From Escherichia coli (lineage in GTDB: Bacteria > Pseudomonadota > Gammaproteobacteria > Enterobacterales > Enterobacteriaceae), in the NCBI RefSeq assembly GCF_011045215.1, contig NZ_CP049202.1: a stretch of 64,000 nt of DNA. One strand, written 5' to 3'. Of this stretch, positions 43,301 through 54,230 are shown piece after piece. Position 1 is the stretch's first letter. Each line of letters opens with the position of its first letter. The notes under the pieces are model-generated. The model had not been told where the DNA came from. It worked only from the letters and a program-made list of their open reading frames with translations, and did no database searches. The translations under genes and the position numbers were made by a program.

Positions 43301-43912
43301 ACCCGCAGCTTCAGCACCGACCCCAATGGCCAGACTGGTCGTCCCGGATGCCAGAGCTGAAACACCAAAAGCCTGAGCTGCAGCACCTGTTGCAGTGGCG
43401 TTACTGCCGAATGCAGTGGAATAGTTTCCTGTGGTATATGCGCCACAACCCGACGCCCATGAATACACACCAAACGCCTCGGGCACAGCATTTGTCACCC
43501 CACCCGTTAACGGCCCTTGATAACCGATGTTATTGGTTGTTGTACCATTACCACTCCAGTTAACTACCGTGGATGAAGTTCCATATGGGTGCATGCCACT
43601 GAATTCAGTATCATTAATAAAACGCTGGTACTGTTCAAATGCCGTTATGGCTCCTGTTGTCACATCAGTTACAGTTCTGCGTCCAATGACATTGTCTGCC
43701 CCACAATAGTCATCATCACCTGCTAAAGTAATCGCCCCATGACTAACATTGGGGTATCCCTGACTGGCAGCAGTAGATGAATAATTTGAAGAACTGAGTA
43801 AGGTTAAGTTAGATGCAGAAACGGAGTATATATATACATATGAAATTAAAAGAACAATAAATTGTACTATAGTTCTACTTTTCATAAGAATTCCTACTAA
43901 AGGTAAAATCAT
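40385..43912 (-). CDS. Trimeric autotransporter adhesin (YadA/Hia-type) with repetitive stalk
   Basis: 1175-aa ORF: signal peptide, head repeats (SVAIG/NSVALG-type), three tandem ~157-aa stalk repeats, C-terminal YadA-like anchor ending …GVGYQW. Confidence 0.9.
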   Translation of the reverse strand: MILPLVGILMKSRTIVQFIVLLISYVYIYSVSASNLTLLSSSNYSSTAASQGYPNVSHGAITLAGDDDYCGADNVIGRRTVTDVTTGAITAFEQYQRFINDTEFSGMHPYGTSSTVVNWSGNGTTTNNIGYQGPLTGGVTNAVPEAFGVYSWASGCGAYTTGNYSTAFGSNATATGAAAQAFGVSALASGTTSLAIGVGAEAAGDSSISLGSVSNAGGDNSVAIGMGASSSNDGDVALGSEAKTAAVTATTSGIINNKEYTYAGTSPVAALSIGDTGKERQLQNVAAGRISGISTDAVNGSQLFATNSALTQSGNNINNIADSLGGGAAIATDGSFTAPTYQIQGSDRSTVGDALTALDTSVTANTGNITTLQNDVNNISSGSVGLVRQDPTSRVVSVAAASGGTSVDLTGTDGVRTLTGVRDGTLAADSSEAVTGSQLFTTNQNVTTNTAAIATNTGTLTTQGQTLTQHTGQLSGLTQSLGGGAAIATDGSFTAPTYQIQGSGRSTVGDALTALDTSVTANTGNITTLQNDVNNISSGSVGLVRQDPTSRVVSVAAASGGTSVDLTGTDGVRTLTGVRDGTLAADSSEAVTGSQLFTTNQNVTTNTAAIATNTGTLTTQGQTLTQHTGQLSGLTQSLGGGAAIATDGSFTAPTYQIQGSGRSTVGDALTALDTSVTANTGNITTLQNDVNNISSGSVGLVRQDPTSRVVSVAAASGGTSVDLTGTDGVRTLTGVRDGTLAADSSEAVTGSQLYQTNTVLSSVATALGGGASFDNISQFRNPVYIIQGQSKYNVGDAFIAVDNTLTENISKINSLQAGQSGLVQQNANNKVISVGSGSGGALVDFRGTDGERVLTGIADGAVSATSTDAVNGKQLYETNQKVAQNTTEINKLSSGIKDIEDGKVGLVQQSSNLSEVTIAKNSGGEKITVSGTDGNRQITGVKEGVNDNDVVTVSQLKEVSGSIGDASMLAVNSEKTMKPKATGKNAIALGGNARAEKDNAIAVGADVNVTGENSIGIGNKSTVSSKNSVALGSNSVASEDNTVSVGSSLNQRRITNVAPGVNRSDAVTVGQLNESFSSLKQYTDRKVDSLDKKMGDMKTKLTAGIATSMALSGIPQAYQPDSSLVGVSAGTYGGESAIAVGVSHISQNGHWITKLHAGGNTQNDFGASVGVGYQW
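41657..43070. repeat. Three near-identical tandem repeats of ~471 bp inside the TAA gene
   Basis: Same sequence (…CTGACTGCCGGTCACGGCTTCGCTGCTGTCCGCTGCTAGAGTACCATCCCG…) restarts at ~41657, ~42128 and ~42600. Confidence 0.85.
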
Positions 43913-44639
43913 ATATAATTAAGTAAATTTAACACAGTATACTAAGTGTAGTGAAAATAATTTGCCTTTTAAGATAAAGTTATATTCCAATGAAGATTAG
44001 TTCTTTATTAAATACTATGAGAAGCATAAAAAATATACTAGTTACAAATAAATGTATCAATAATGTGTAGAATGTTGTATCATATCGAATACTCTACAAC
44101 TTCATGACGTGGATAATACCCATTATTCAGAATAAACGGTAATACCAACTCTAAATTTACATTATCCACTCCCTGTATATTCAGCAGTTCCAAATAAAGG
44201 TAATATTACGATTCCTTTACTCAACTTAGCATGTTTTTTTGACATCTTACCTATCTTTATACTTGAGAACTGAAGAAATTTTGTAATAAACATCGTTCAA
44301 ACTGCTTCCATAGGTATTCAAACTTTTTAAGGATCGCCATAAGTGACATTTTCCCAAATTATAATTTTCTTTACGATAAACTGTATGCGAACTTAAAGCT
44401 TATTTCCAACGGGATTTTTATGAGTATATTTTTCCTTTAGTACAGTACACTATGAAAAGGCGTACTTATTTTGCAGATGAAAATCCTGGTCCGGAAAGTA
44501 CAGCTAACGTCACCAAATAGCAAATTTTTCGCCTTCTCAGGTAACCTCGAATGTAAAACGTAGACAGCGAAGTAGCCAAACCAAAGCCAAATGATGAACA
44601 TGCTCCCCACGAAATAGAAGTATTTGTGAGGACCGATAG

Positions 44640-45223
44640 CCGGTTGGATTTGTTCTTATATTTCCAGACACCTGTTATCACTTACCCCATGACTGGTCCG
44701 CTGCTGCAGATATTCCCGTAGCAAGCGATAACTCAGCGCATCGTTATAGTGCTCGAACGCCTCCGTAAGGTTCTTTACTATCGTTAACCCATCAGTTTGG
44801 GCATGATATATAGTCACGTTTTATCGTTTTCACGAAGCTCTCTGCTATTCCGTTACTCTCTGAACTCCGCACCGCCGTGTTCTTCGATTCAAACCACAAT
44901 ATTCGGACGAACTGGCATGTTTCATTAGCTCGGTAGTATGACCCATTATCTGTCAGCCACTCTACTAGCGATGTCGGAAGACCTTTGCCGAAGCGGTGTT
45001 CCGCCGCACCCAGCATATCCATTACTTCCCCCGTATACTCATTGATGAAGTGAATCTGAATAAGATGCTTTGCGATATCAACGCCAACCGGTGTATATTT
45101 CATTTTGTGGAGTCTCCAGTCTGAGGGAACTTTATGTATCCCGTATTGGGCACTATGCTGCCGGAAATCTGCGAGGCTCCACACCTTCCTGTTTTTTCCT
45201 TCATCCATCACAGTGCACCTCAC
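44640..45223 (-). mobile_element. IS2-like (IS3-family) fragment: orfB 3' portion plus degenerate terminal repeat
   Basis: ORF 44792..45223 contains …[14 protein letters not shown]…[18 protein letters not shown], recognised as IS2 OrfB-like; truncated. Confidence 0.55.
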
Positions 45224-45592
45224 TTAATAGGGTGGGATGTGTTCATTACATTTTTTGAACGCAGCAGCTATCACACGGGTGGTCATCCCTTTGGCATACA
45301 ACGAGAGGATCTGGTTATCTATCCCAGTAATACGGGGCTGATTTTTCTTTACCAGTTGTGGTTCGAAGGTACCGTAACGATCGCGCGGAGTACGCACCTC
45401 CAGTGGACCGTCGCCTGTGATAACAGTCTTTGTGGAATAACCGTTGCGGGAGTTAGCTCCCGGTCTGGACTGATTTTTCTCATATCCAGGGGTTCTGCGC
45501 CCATTTCCTCCAAAAGTCTCACTCTTAGCATAAAAACCATTATTTATCATGTTGTTAACCGTCATATTCGGACTCAATATCTCCGATATCAC
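45224..45592 (-). mobile_element. IS256-family transposase N-terminal fragment
   Basis: 122-aa ORF resembles the N-terminal region of IS256-family transposases. Confidence 0.5.
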
Positions 45593-45661
45593 TTAGTGGG
45601 TCTACTCCCTCCAAAAGACTGAACCGCCCCGGGTTTCCTGGAGAGTGTTTTATCTGTGAAC

Positions 45662-46552
45662 TCAGGCTGCCAGATCATCGTTTCCGATGGAAGCATAATA
45701 AGCTTTTTCTGCTTCTGCCGGTGGGATATGGCCCAGCCTTTCCAGCAATCGTCGATTGTTATACCAGTCCACCCACGTGAGTGTGGACAGCTCCACTTCT
45801 GTCCGGTTTTTCCAGCGCTTACGGTGTATTACCTCCGCTTTGTAAAGGCCATTGATGCTCTCCGCCATCGCGTTGTCATACGAGTCACCAGTACTCCCTG
45901 TTGATGCCAGTAAGCCGGCTTCCTTAAGCCGCTGCGTGTAGGCCAGCGATACATACTGAGAACCTTTATCACTGTGGTGGATTGTGCCGGACGGCCGACG
46001 GGCCCACAACGCCTGCTCCAGTGCATCCGGCACGAATGCCGTTTCCATGGATGATGAGACCCGCCATCCCACGATGTATCCGGCGAACACATCAATGATG
46101 AACGCCACATAAACGAAGCCCTGCCATGTGCTTACCCAGGTAAAATCAGCCACCCACAACTGGTCAGGACGTTCTGCCACGAACTGACGGTTTACGCGGT
46201 CGCATGCGGCAACGGCTTTCCGGCTGACGGTAGTGCGGACCTTTTTACCCCGGAGAACACCGGCAAGTCCCATAACCGCCATGAGACGTGCCACAGTGCA
46301 TCTGGCCACTCTGATACCTTCCCGTAACAACTGACGCCAGACTTTACGCACACCGTATACCTGGTGATTTTCATCGTATACGCGCTGTATCTCTTTCTTC
46401 AGCCAGTCATCGCGCTGCGCACGGGCACTGCGTTTATCAGGATGATGTCGCTGTTGCTGACAGTGGTAATACGTTGACGGGGCAATATGCAGTTCGCTGC
46501 ATACCGGTCCGACCCCGTACTGCTCACGCAGCTTATCCAGCAGTGGCATCAT
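45662..46552 (-). CDS. IS629 OrfB (transposase catalytic subunit)
   Basis: 296-aa ORF with rve-type DDE region. Confidence 0.85.
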   Translation of the reverse strand: MMPLLDKLREQYGVGPVCSELHIAPSTYYHCQQQRHHPDKRSARAQRDDWLKKEIQRVYDENHQVYGVRKVWRQLLREGIRVARCTVARLMAVMGLAGVLRGKKVRTTVSRKAVAACDRVNRQFVAERPDQLWVADFTWVSTWQGFVYVAFIIDVFAGYIVGWRVSSSMETAFVPDALEQALWARRPSGTIHHSDKGSQYVSLAYTQRLKEAGLLASTGSTGDSYDNAMAESINGLYKAEVIHRKRWKNRTEVELSTLTWVDWYNNRRLLERLGHIPPAEAEKAYYASIGNDDLAA

Positions 46553-46875
46553 TTTTTCCAGAGGCGGTCGAACTCCGCCTTCGCAAAATAAGCGGAAGCC
46601 TGGCGAAGGATATCGTTACTGCGGCGCAGTTCACGATTTTCACGTTCCAGCTCTTTCAGACGCTGACGTTCAGCGGTGGTGAGCCCACCATCACCGCCCC
46701 CGGTATCCCGCTCATGCTGGCGTACCCAGACACGCAGAGTCTCCGGCGTACAGCCAATTTTTGGAGCAATGGAACAAATTGCCGCCCACTGTGAATCATA
46801 CTCATCCTGACTTTCCAGAACCATACGAATCGCTCGCTGACGGACTTCGGGGGAAAAACGAGTATTTTTAGTCAT
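46549..46875 (-). CDS. IS629 OrfA
   Basis: 108-aa [22 protein letters not shown]…, HTH plus leucine zipper. Confidence 0.85.
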   Translation of the reverse strand: MTKNTRFSPEVRQRAIRMVLESQDEYDSQWAAICSIAPKIGCTPETLRVWVRQHERDTGGGDGGLTTAERQRLKELERENRELRRSNDILRQASAYFAKAEFDRLWKK

Positions 46876-46926
46876 CCTGTTTACCTCTTTCTCAGGGAGT
46901 TTAGTCTCCAGGATTCCCGGGACGGT

Positions 46927-49224
46927 TCAATGATTGTCAGTCGCTAATGACTTTGGTTGTATTTCACTGGTATTGTTATATAACAAGTCAAATGCAAAAT
47001 GACCTTCATATTCATTTGGAGAAATTACCACAGTTGATAATGGCACATGATTAGATACCAGTGTCATCGCAGAACCCCCTTTCCCCTTTCTGAAATACTT
47101 GGCAGAATAACGGGCTTTAAATGTATTTATTCTGCAAGTGTGCTTCTGCCCATCAACACTTCCAAATGGAGAATTTTCATTTATCGTCCAGTATTTATAT
47201 ACAGAAAGATTTGCAATTACATCAGATATTACTGTGTTGGCCATTCCTGTTGTTTCTGGACGAATGAATTTGTCATTCACATCACGTAGTATTCCAATAC
47301 TACGGTCTGATGCAGATGCCATTCTGTGAACACCATAATTTGCGCCATTACCAAATATACAAGCAAGAAGGTCATTATAGTTAGCTTCAAGATTATTTTT
47401 CCTAGATGATATGGCATTAAACACAGACAAAAAATTCGTCTCATTGTTTACATACTTCATTACGTCAACTATCCCGATATTTTTATCTGATTGTAAATCG
47501 GATTATCGATGCTGGTCTTCTATTTTTTACTGGCCAGACTCCACTGTAATCTGTTGGAGTGTGGTTGTTTTTTCACAAACTCATTAACATCTGAGTTTAT
47601 TCCAATGGTTATACGAGCCAGTTTATCGCTAAAGGTATTCTCCAGGTCATTAAGAGTCTGCGTTATTGGTGTGATAAGTCGTTCAAGGCCTGTTTTCTCT
47701 ATCAAAATCGATTTATTCTTATCCCAGTAACTTCGTTCTATGAGATCATCTTCCAGTCTCTTGTTTTGTTCACTCTCCGCAGCATAAAAGACACCGTTTT
47801 CCAGATGGTTAGATACCCTGCTGTACATATGAAATTCGAATCGTTGAGTGTTAATTTCTCCTTTTTTTACAATGTAATTTTTCTCGGATGGATGAATTAC
47901 CCTCAGATCCTTAGCATCCAGCTTTCCTTTTCCTCTGAGATCATCCTTGGCAGCAGTAATTTGCTGGCCAATAACAGACTTCTCGTTGTCATATACTATT
48001 ATCTATAGTCAGAAAAAGCTTTCGGATTGAATTGGCGATCTTAAGGTGATGGCTGTCAATATACTACCATTGATATTCAATTACATCGATTTTATTTTTG
48101 TCAAAAAATTCACTCACAAGATGCATATCATCTTTCGATATAAGTGAAAAAACCTTTTCACGAACATATCCAAACGGGATGCTGTCTTCAATGTTACTAT
48201 CAACGAAGAAGTTAAATATTTTACTCGCAAACTTAAGCTTTTTATTTATTAGATCTATTTCCTCTGTTGCCCGAGCTTTTGCAAACAAAACTGAAGCGTC
48301 TTTATGTTTTTTTACTAAATATCTGAAGGCCGTGATTATTTTATCATTTATCTCTCTGTATCTGAAGTACAAGTAGCAGCACAAATAAAGTATTCCTTGC
48401 CATTTAGGGTGTCGCTTAAGTCTGAATGTTGTACTGTGTTTTACGATAGTTGCATAGTACTCCATGTTTCCCTGGGATATACCTAATGAATTAATTATAT
48501 CTTTTATTTCATAGTAAATACTACTTATCACATTGTGTGTTCTTAATTCATTTTCTATTTCTGATGCTGAGAAGTCCCTCGTGCTATAATTACATCCATC
48601 ATCATGGATGATGGATGTAATCTTTTGTGCAGTGGCAGGATAAATTCTCTTTGACAAAATATTAATTGTCCTTTTCCTTTCAAAGTTTAAAGCATCTGAA
48701 ACGAGGTTCTGGACAGTACTGTATCCAGGAAGAGCTATACGCCGCTGTCCTAAAAAAGCAAGTAATTCATCAAAAATATATTTGGGTTCCATACATATAG
48801 TAGCAACATCATTCAGACGTTCACTTAACTCATTTTTTATAGATGGGGTGAGTTGTTCAAATCCTAGAGTAGAAAGCATTCGTTTAACAAGGCGGTGCTT
48901 TGTACTTTTAGGTATGTTTAAATTGAGATTAGTACTTTCGTTTTTATAATATGTCTGGATAATATATTTCACATCCCTTTTTACGTCTTTTAATGTAAAT
49001 TCAGGAATCACAGGTTTATATCTGAAATACCCTGTTATTAATATCAGATACACCCTGCTTTCTATATTTATTATTTTATCAATTTCTCTTTTAAGGCTGA
49101 TATCCAGCGAAAAAAACTCATCCCTTTCAACAGGATTAAAAGAGGGGACTTGATATAATTCATTTATTTCACTTTTTGTTAATATACTAATTCTTTTCTT
49201 GTACTTCTGCATACATTTACCCAA
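46927..49224 (-). pseudogene. tnpA: Tn3-family transposase (tnpA) remnant, fragmented into three ORFs and 3'-truncated by IS629
   Basis: ORFs 48064..49224, 47520..47828, 46927..47460 resemble N-terminal, middle and DDE regions of Tn3-family TnpA; AT-rich. Confidence 0.55.
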
Positions 49225-49367
49225 ATGCTAAATATTTTTAAATATGGCGAGTATTAAATATTAAGATATCTGATACCTGTCTAAAACAGCATAAAAGCAG
49301 GTTTCAAAAATCGTATTTTGTACATTATGATACCATGCAGTGTCGAAAACGATAAGTGAGACTAAAA

Positions 49368-49949
49368 ATGGCGTTATTGGGGTATGCACGGGTATCAACT
49401 AGTCATCAGAAGCTAACACATCAAATCTCGGAGCTAAAAAATGCCGGGGTACGGGAAGATCGTATTTTTACGGATATGATGACTGGCGCAACTGATGAAC
49501 GGGAAGGACTACAGCGGTTGTTGGCCCGTGCAGAGAAAGACGACGTAATCATCTGTACAAAAATGGACCGACTGGGGCGTAACACTGCTGACATGATTCG
49601 TGTGGTTGATAGCTGTTACAAAAAGGGGATCGCCATCCGGTTCCTGGAGAACGGTCTCAGTACAGAAGGGACAATGGGCAAAATGGTTATCCAAATCCTT
49701 GCTGCTGTAGCTGAAGCGGAACGTGAGCGTATTCTGGAGCGGACAAACGACGGAAGAATAGCGGCACTTGCCGCAGGCGTAAAATTTGGCAGGAAGAAGC
49801 ATCCACGAACGCCTACAGCGTTGGAGCTTATATCACAGGGAGAATCTCTGGGCAGTGTGACAGAAAAAACAGGTATCTCTCGATCGACGTACTTCAGGTT
49901 AAAAAGAACAATAAAAAATGATGCTAAAATTGCAACGTTTTATAAATAA
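49368..49949 (+). CDS. tnpR: Serine recombinase/resolvase (TnpR-like)
   Basis: About 193 aa from Met (MALLGYARVSTS…) within track ORF 49356..49949; catalytic-Ser motif and C-terminal HTH; divergent from tnpA remnant. Confidence 0.8.
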   Translation: MALLGYARVSTSHQKLTHQISELKNAGVREDRIFTDMMTGATDEREGLQRLLARAEKDDVIICTKMDRLGRNTADMIRVVDSCYKKGIAIRFLENGLSTEGTMGKMVIQILAAVAEAERERILERTNDGRIAALAAGVKFGRKKHPRTPTALELISQGESLGSVTEKTGISRSTYFRLKRTIKNDAKIATFYK

Positions 49950-49972
49950 ATTCAATTAATTACCTAAGCAAG

Positions 49973-50587
49973 GTGAGACTTTTAGAGGAAATGGGCGCGA
50001 ACCCCCATAATCTGAGAGAACTGCAGTTCGGTATATACCCTGAGTCAATTCATGTGCTTGACTGGTTTCATATAACGATGAGGCTGACGGTGTTAATGCA
50101 GTATGCAAAGGGACCGCAGGCATCAGAGCCAGCGACGGGCAGTAAGGTGTTATCGCTTCTGGAAAGCAGTAAACGATATCTCTGGCACGGTAATGTTGCC
50201 ACTGCACTGGATCGCATTGACGATTGCGTTATGTACTGTGATGACCATGAACTCAACTATGTAAACCTGAAAGCCCTGCAAAAACAGCTGGATGAGATGT
50301 ATACCTACATCCGCAATAATCAGATGATGATCCCAAACTACGGAGAAATGTGCCGGTATGGTGAGCCGGTTTCAACAGCGTTTGTCGAGTCAACAATCAA
50401 CGAAGTGATCGCCCGACGAATGGCCAAAAAGCAGCAGATGCAGTGGAGTAGAAAGGGCGCGCATTATTTGTTACAGACCAGAACTGCAGTCCTGAATAAC
50501 GAACTACAGGACAAATTCGCCAGTTGGTATCCCGGTTGTACGATAGACGCTCAGAGTAGAGGGACGTTATCCGCGATGGCAGCATAG
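49973..50587 (+). mobile_element. Transposase C-terminal fragment (possibly ISKra4-like); family uncertain
   Basis: 204-aa ORF with transposase-like C-terminal blocks (…LDWFHI…, …QWSRKGAHYLLQTRTAVLN…). Confidence 0.35.
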
Positions 50588-50643
50588 CTACTGCCCCAGG
50601 GTTTTTCATGCTCTCCTTAACTGACCCAGTGAGGTGAAGACCT

Positions 50644-52174
50644 TTGATAATCATAATCAGTGAAATGCAACGCAAGCTTGCCACATGGACAGCAACCGCC
50701 CCGTCCCGACGGATTACACGGCTGCTGCGTCTGATAACACAACCAGAATGGCTGGCTGAAGCCGCACGGATCACCCTTTCATCAAAAAGGGCACATACCC
50801 CCGGTGTTGACGGTGTGAGTAAAGCAAAGCTACAGGCCAGACTGCCTGCTGAGTTGCAGAGACTCAGCGAAGAACTTCTCTCTGGTCACTACCAGCCTGT
50901 ACCAGCCAGACGGATTTATATCCCTAAAAGCAACGGCAAACTGCGACCACTGGGTATCCCCACGTTGCGGGAACGTATTGTTCAGCGGACCATGCTGATG
51001 GCGATGGAGCCGATATGGGAGAGTGATTTTCATGCGCTCTCGTATGGCTTCCGGCCTGAACGCAGTGTCCATCACGCGATCCGCACGGTAAAATTACAGC
51101 TCACCGACGGTAGTGAAACCCGGGGACGCTGGGTGATACAAGGGGGATCTGTCCAGCTACTTCGATACAGTACATCATCGACTGCTGATGAAAGCAGTAC
51201 GCCGCAGGCTCAGGGATCCACGCTTTATGGTCCTGCTGTGGAAAATCATTAAAGCAGGACACGTTGATGTCGAACTCTTCCGGGCGGCCAGTGAAGGTGT
51301 GCCACAGGGCGGAGTGATCTCGCCGTTGCTGTCGAACATCATGCTAAATGAGTTCGACCAGTATCTTCATGAACGTTACCTGAGCGGAAAAGCCCGGAAA
51401 GACAGCTGGTACAGGAATAACAGTATCCAGCGGGGTCGAAGCACAGCAGTCAGTGAAAACTGGCAGTGGAAACCAGCGGTGGCGTACTGCCGCTATGCCG
51501 ATGATTTCGTGCTCATCGTTAAAGGTACTAAATCACAGGCAGAAACCATCAGGGAGGAGTGTCGTAGCGTGCCCGAAGACAGTCTGAAACTCAGGCTGAA
51601 CATGGACAAGACCAGAATCACCCATGTTAACGACGGCTTTATCTTTCTGGGGCGCAGGATTATCCGCAAACGCAGTCGTTACGGCGGTATGCGGGTGGTC
51701 ACGACGATCCCACGTGATAAAGCCAGAAACTTCGCGGCATCCCTGACGACATTGTTATCAGGCAATTACAGTGAAAGCAAAATCGATATGGTTGAGATAC
51801 TCAACCGAAAGCTGAAAGGCTGAGCTGCGTTCTATCAGTTAGTTGATTTTAAAGCCAAAGTGTTCAGTTCTATCGACCGAGTTGTGTTCTGGAAGCTGGC
51901 TCACTGGCTGGCCCGAAAATACCGTAAAAGTATTGCATACCTGATGAGGTGGTGGTGTAAATCGCCAAAACTAGGTCAGAGTAAAACGTGGATTTTATTT
52001 GGTAAAACCAACCACGGGAAGCTCAACGGTGAAGTACTTTACCGGTTGGTCGGACAAGGCAAGAAGTCGTTCCGCTGGCGTGTGCCTGAGAGTAACCCTT
52101 ACCTGAGGACAGAGACCAGAAACACGTACACGTCACGATATCCGGAAGTGGCAATGGCACTAGCCAGCGTTTAG
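50644..52174 (+). pseudogene. Group II intron reverse transcriptase/maturase, inactivated (one frameshift, one in-frame TGA)
   Basis: Three consecutive ORFs carry RT domains (…GVDGVS…, YADD in AYCRYADDFVLIV) and maturase domain; frame change near the G-run at ~51141; TGG-to-TGA at ~51824. Confidence 0.75.
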
Positions 52175-52249
52175 ACGGAAAGCCGGATGCGCTGAAAGGT
52201 GCACGTCCGGTTTGGAGAGGAGAGACAGGGAAATAGCCCGACTACGCCC

Positions 52250-52790
52250 TGTCTCTTACTCTACTCAGCACATGGCAGGGCTTCGTCTATGTGGCGTTCA
52301 TCATTGATGTGTTTGCCGGATACATTGTGGGATGGAGGGCCTCATCGTCCATGGAAACGACATTTGTGCTGGATGCACTGGAGCGTCGACCGTCCGGCAC
52401 TGTCCATCACAGTGATAAGGGTTCTCAGTATGTATCACTAGCCTACACGCAACGGCTAAAGGAAGCCGGATTACTGGCATCAACAGGGAGTACAGGCGAC
52501 TCATATGACAACTCGATGGCGGAGAGCATCAATGGTCTTTACAAAGCGGAGGTAATACATCGTAAGAGCTGGAAAAACCGTGCAGAAGTGAAACTGGCCA
52601 CACTCACATGGGTGGACTGGTATAACAATCAACGCTTACTGGAAAGGCTGGGCCATATCCCTCCGTCAGAAGCAGAAAAAGCGTATTATGCTTCCATCGG
52701 AAATGATGATCTGGCAGCCTGAGTTCACAGATAAAACTCTCTCCAGGAAACAGGAAACCCAGGGCGGTTCAGATATGTCCACGATGCGTG
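52250..52790 (+). mobile_element. IS629-like fragment (3' part of orfB plus terminal repeat)
   Basis: ORF 52291..52722 near-identical to the C-terminal half of IS629 OrfB; IR-like sequence at ~52735-52790. Confidence 0.7.
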
Positions 52791-52948
52791 CGTTGTGACG
52801 AAGGCTGGGATGCCTGAAAGTGTGCGTATCATCTGACAACAGCAACCGTTGGCTGGGGTGCTTATTCAAAATCTGATTTATTCAACAAAACCGCTAATCA
52901 GCTTTCCTGCAGGCCGGTCTGATTAACGGTTTTGTAGTATTCCTATCT

Positions 52949-53698
52949 TTACGATATATTAATCATGTTTTTTTTCATTTCCATTGGAGTGATACCAAAG
53001 TATTGCCTGAAGGTACTAATGAAATAAGAAGTACTTGAATATCCACATCTTGTTGCTAACTTATTTATAGATAATTCACTTATCATTAAACGTCTGGCAT
53101 GTTGCATACGCACATCTAACAAGATTTGAGAAAAAGATGTGTTTTCTTCATAAAGTTTTCTTTTTATAGAACTTTCACTCATGTAAAGATACTGCCCAAT
53201 ATCTTTCATTTTCCATATTCGTGATGGTTGTGAATATATAATACATCTTATTTTCATTACCAATGAGTTGATGCTTTTAACCAACAGAGATAAGAACCCT
53301 GTTTGCTCAGAAAATGCTGAAATACATGTAAAAAACATCTGCTCTGAAAATGCAATGGGTAGTAATGTATCGGAATTGAGTTTTCGTATTATACTGCGTA
53401 AGATAGATACCTCTTCTAATGGTGCTTTTATATAATGTGTAACATTCGGATTTTCTACATACAATGGTATACAGGTGCATTCCAGATACTTTGTTATTGT
53501 TTTTTCACTAATTTTTAATTCTGTAAATTTACTGGAATATACATAAAAATCATATCTTGATCTACTATCTGTTAGAAAAGCATGATTTTTATTTGCTTTT
53601 ATTTTTTTTCCATCGATGTTAATGATGAATGATGAATTAACCAGAATTACTGAACAGGGATACATCTCAATTGCTCCATTATTTAGTTCATAAGCCAT
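52949..53698 (-). CDS. AraC-family virulence-type regulator (AggR/Rns/PerA-like, C-terminal HTH)
   Basis: 249-aa ORF; C-terminal …GYSSTSYFISTFRQYFGITP… typical of this subfamily; very AT-rich. Confidence 0.65.
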   Translation of the reverse strand: MAYELNNGAIEMYPCSVILVNSSFIINIDGKKIKANKNHAFLTDSRSRYDFYVYSSKFTELKISEKTITKYLECTCIPLYVENPNVTHYIKAPLEEVSILRSIIRKLNSDTLLPIAFSEQMFFTCISAFSEQTGFLSLLVKSINSLVMKIRCIIYSQPSRIWKMKDIGQYLYMSESSIKRKLYEENTSFSQILLDVRMQHARRLMISELSINKLATRCGYSSTSYFISTFRQYFGITPMEMKKNMINIS

Positions 53699-54230
53699 AC
53701 CATTGTTGAATGATGGGGTTGTATGTCATGTATATGGAAAATGTATATATATCTTTTAAAGTCACCTCTCCCGATAAATTATTAATTCATCATAACTTAC
53801 TCCTGACTTATAAATAATTTTGTTGTAACTATGGTTTTATCTAGAATTTTCTCGGTGTTATGCGTTTCAGTTATTTGTAAATAATATTAAATATATTCTA
53901 TGTGTTATTTTTGTTATTTTGGAACAAAATTAACTTGTTAACAATAATAACTTTTACAAGTTCAATGAAATTAAACGATTTAGTCAATATTCATAATTAT
54001 GGTTTGACTCATAGTTATATAAAAATACCTTTAATATATATCAATACATTGAAAATATTGGTATTTTATTTTTTTTGTTGTTTTGTTTTTTGTATCATGT
54101 TGTTCTTAAAAAAGAAAAGTGTACATAAAAATTAACATACCTCCTTATTGGTATTTTTTATGGTTTCTACATTACCGTGATATAATTTATTCGCAGTATA
54201 TATAAATTTTACTTATTGTTGGAGATGGAA
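53699..54230. promoter_or_regulatory. AT-rich divergent intergenic region between AraC-type regulator and YfdX-family gene
   Basis: About 530 bp, extremely AT-rich, between divergently oriented genes; promoter positions not determined. Confidence 0.3.

Larger units (their letters stand above)
45618..46922 (-). mobile_element. IS629-like insertion sequence (IS3 family), apparently complete
   Basis: Terminal inverted repeats TGAACCGCCCCGGGTTTCCTGGAG (45618) and its imperfect complement (~46900); orfA/orfB pair. Confidence 0.85.

Noticed and set aside
43149-43563. Plus-strand ORFs inside the TAA gene (and their counterparts at 14073-14487 in the paralogue)
   Set aside because: Antisense or alternate-frame readings of the Gly/Ala/Ser-rich head-repeat region; mirrored in both TAA copies, as expected for artefacts of repetitive coding sequence
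40385-43912. Calling the TAA an Eib immunoglobulin-binding protein because ibrAB is present
   Set aside because: At 1175 aa with a long repetitive stalk it is far larger than Eib proteins as I recall them; only the generic YadA-type anchor and head repeats can be supported from sequence
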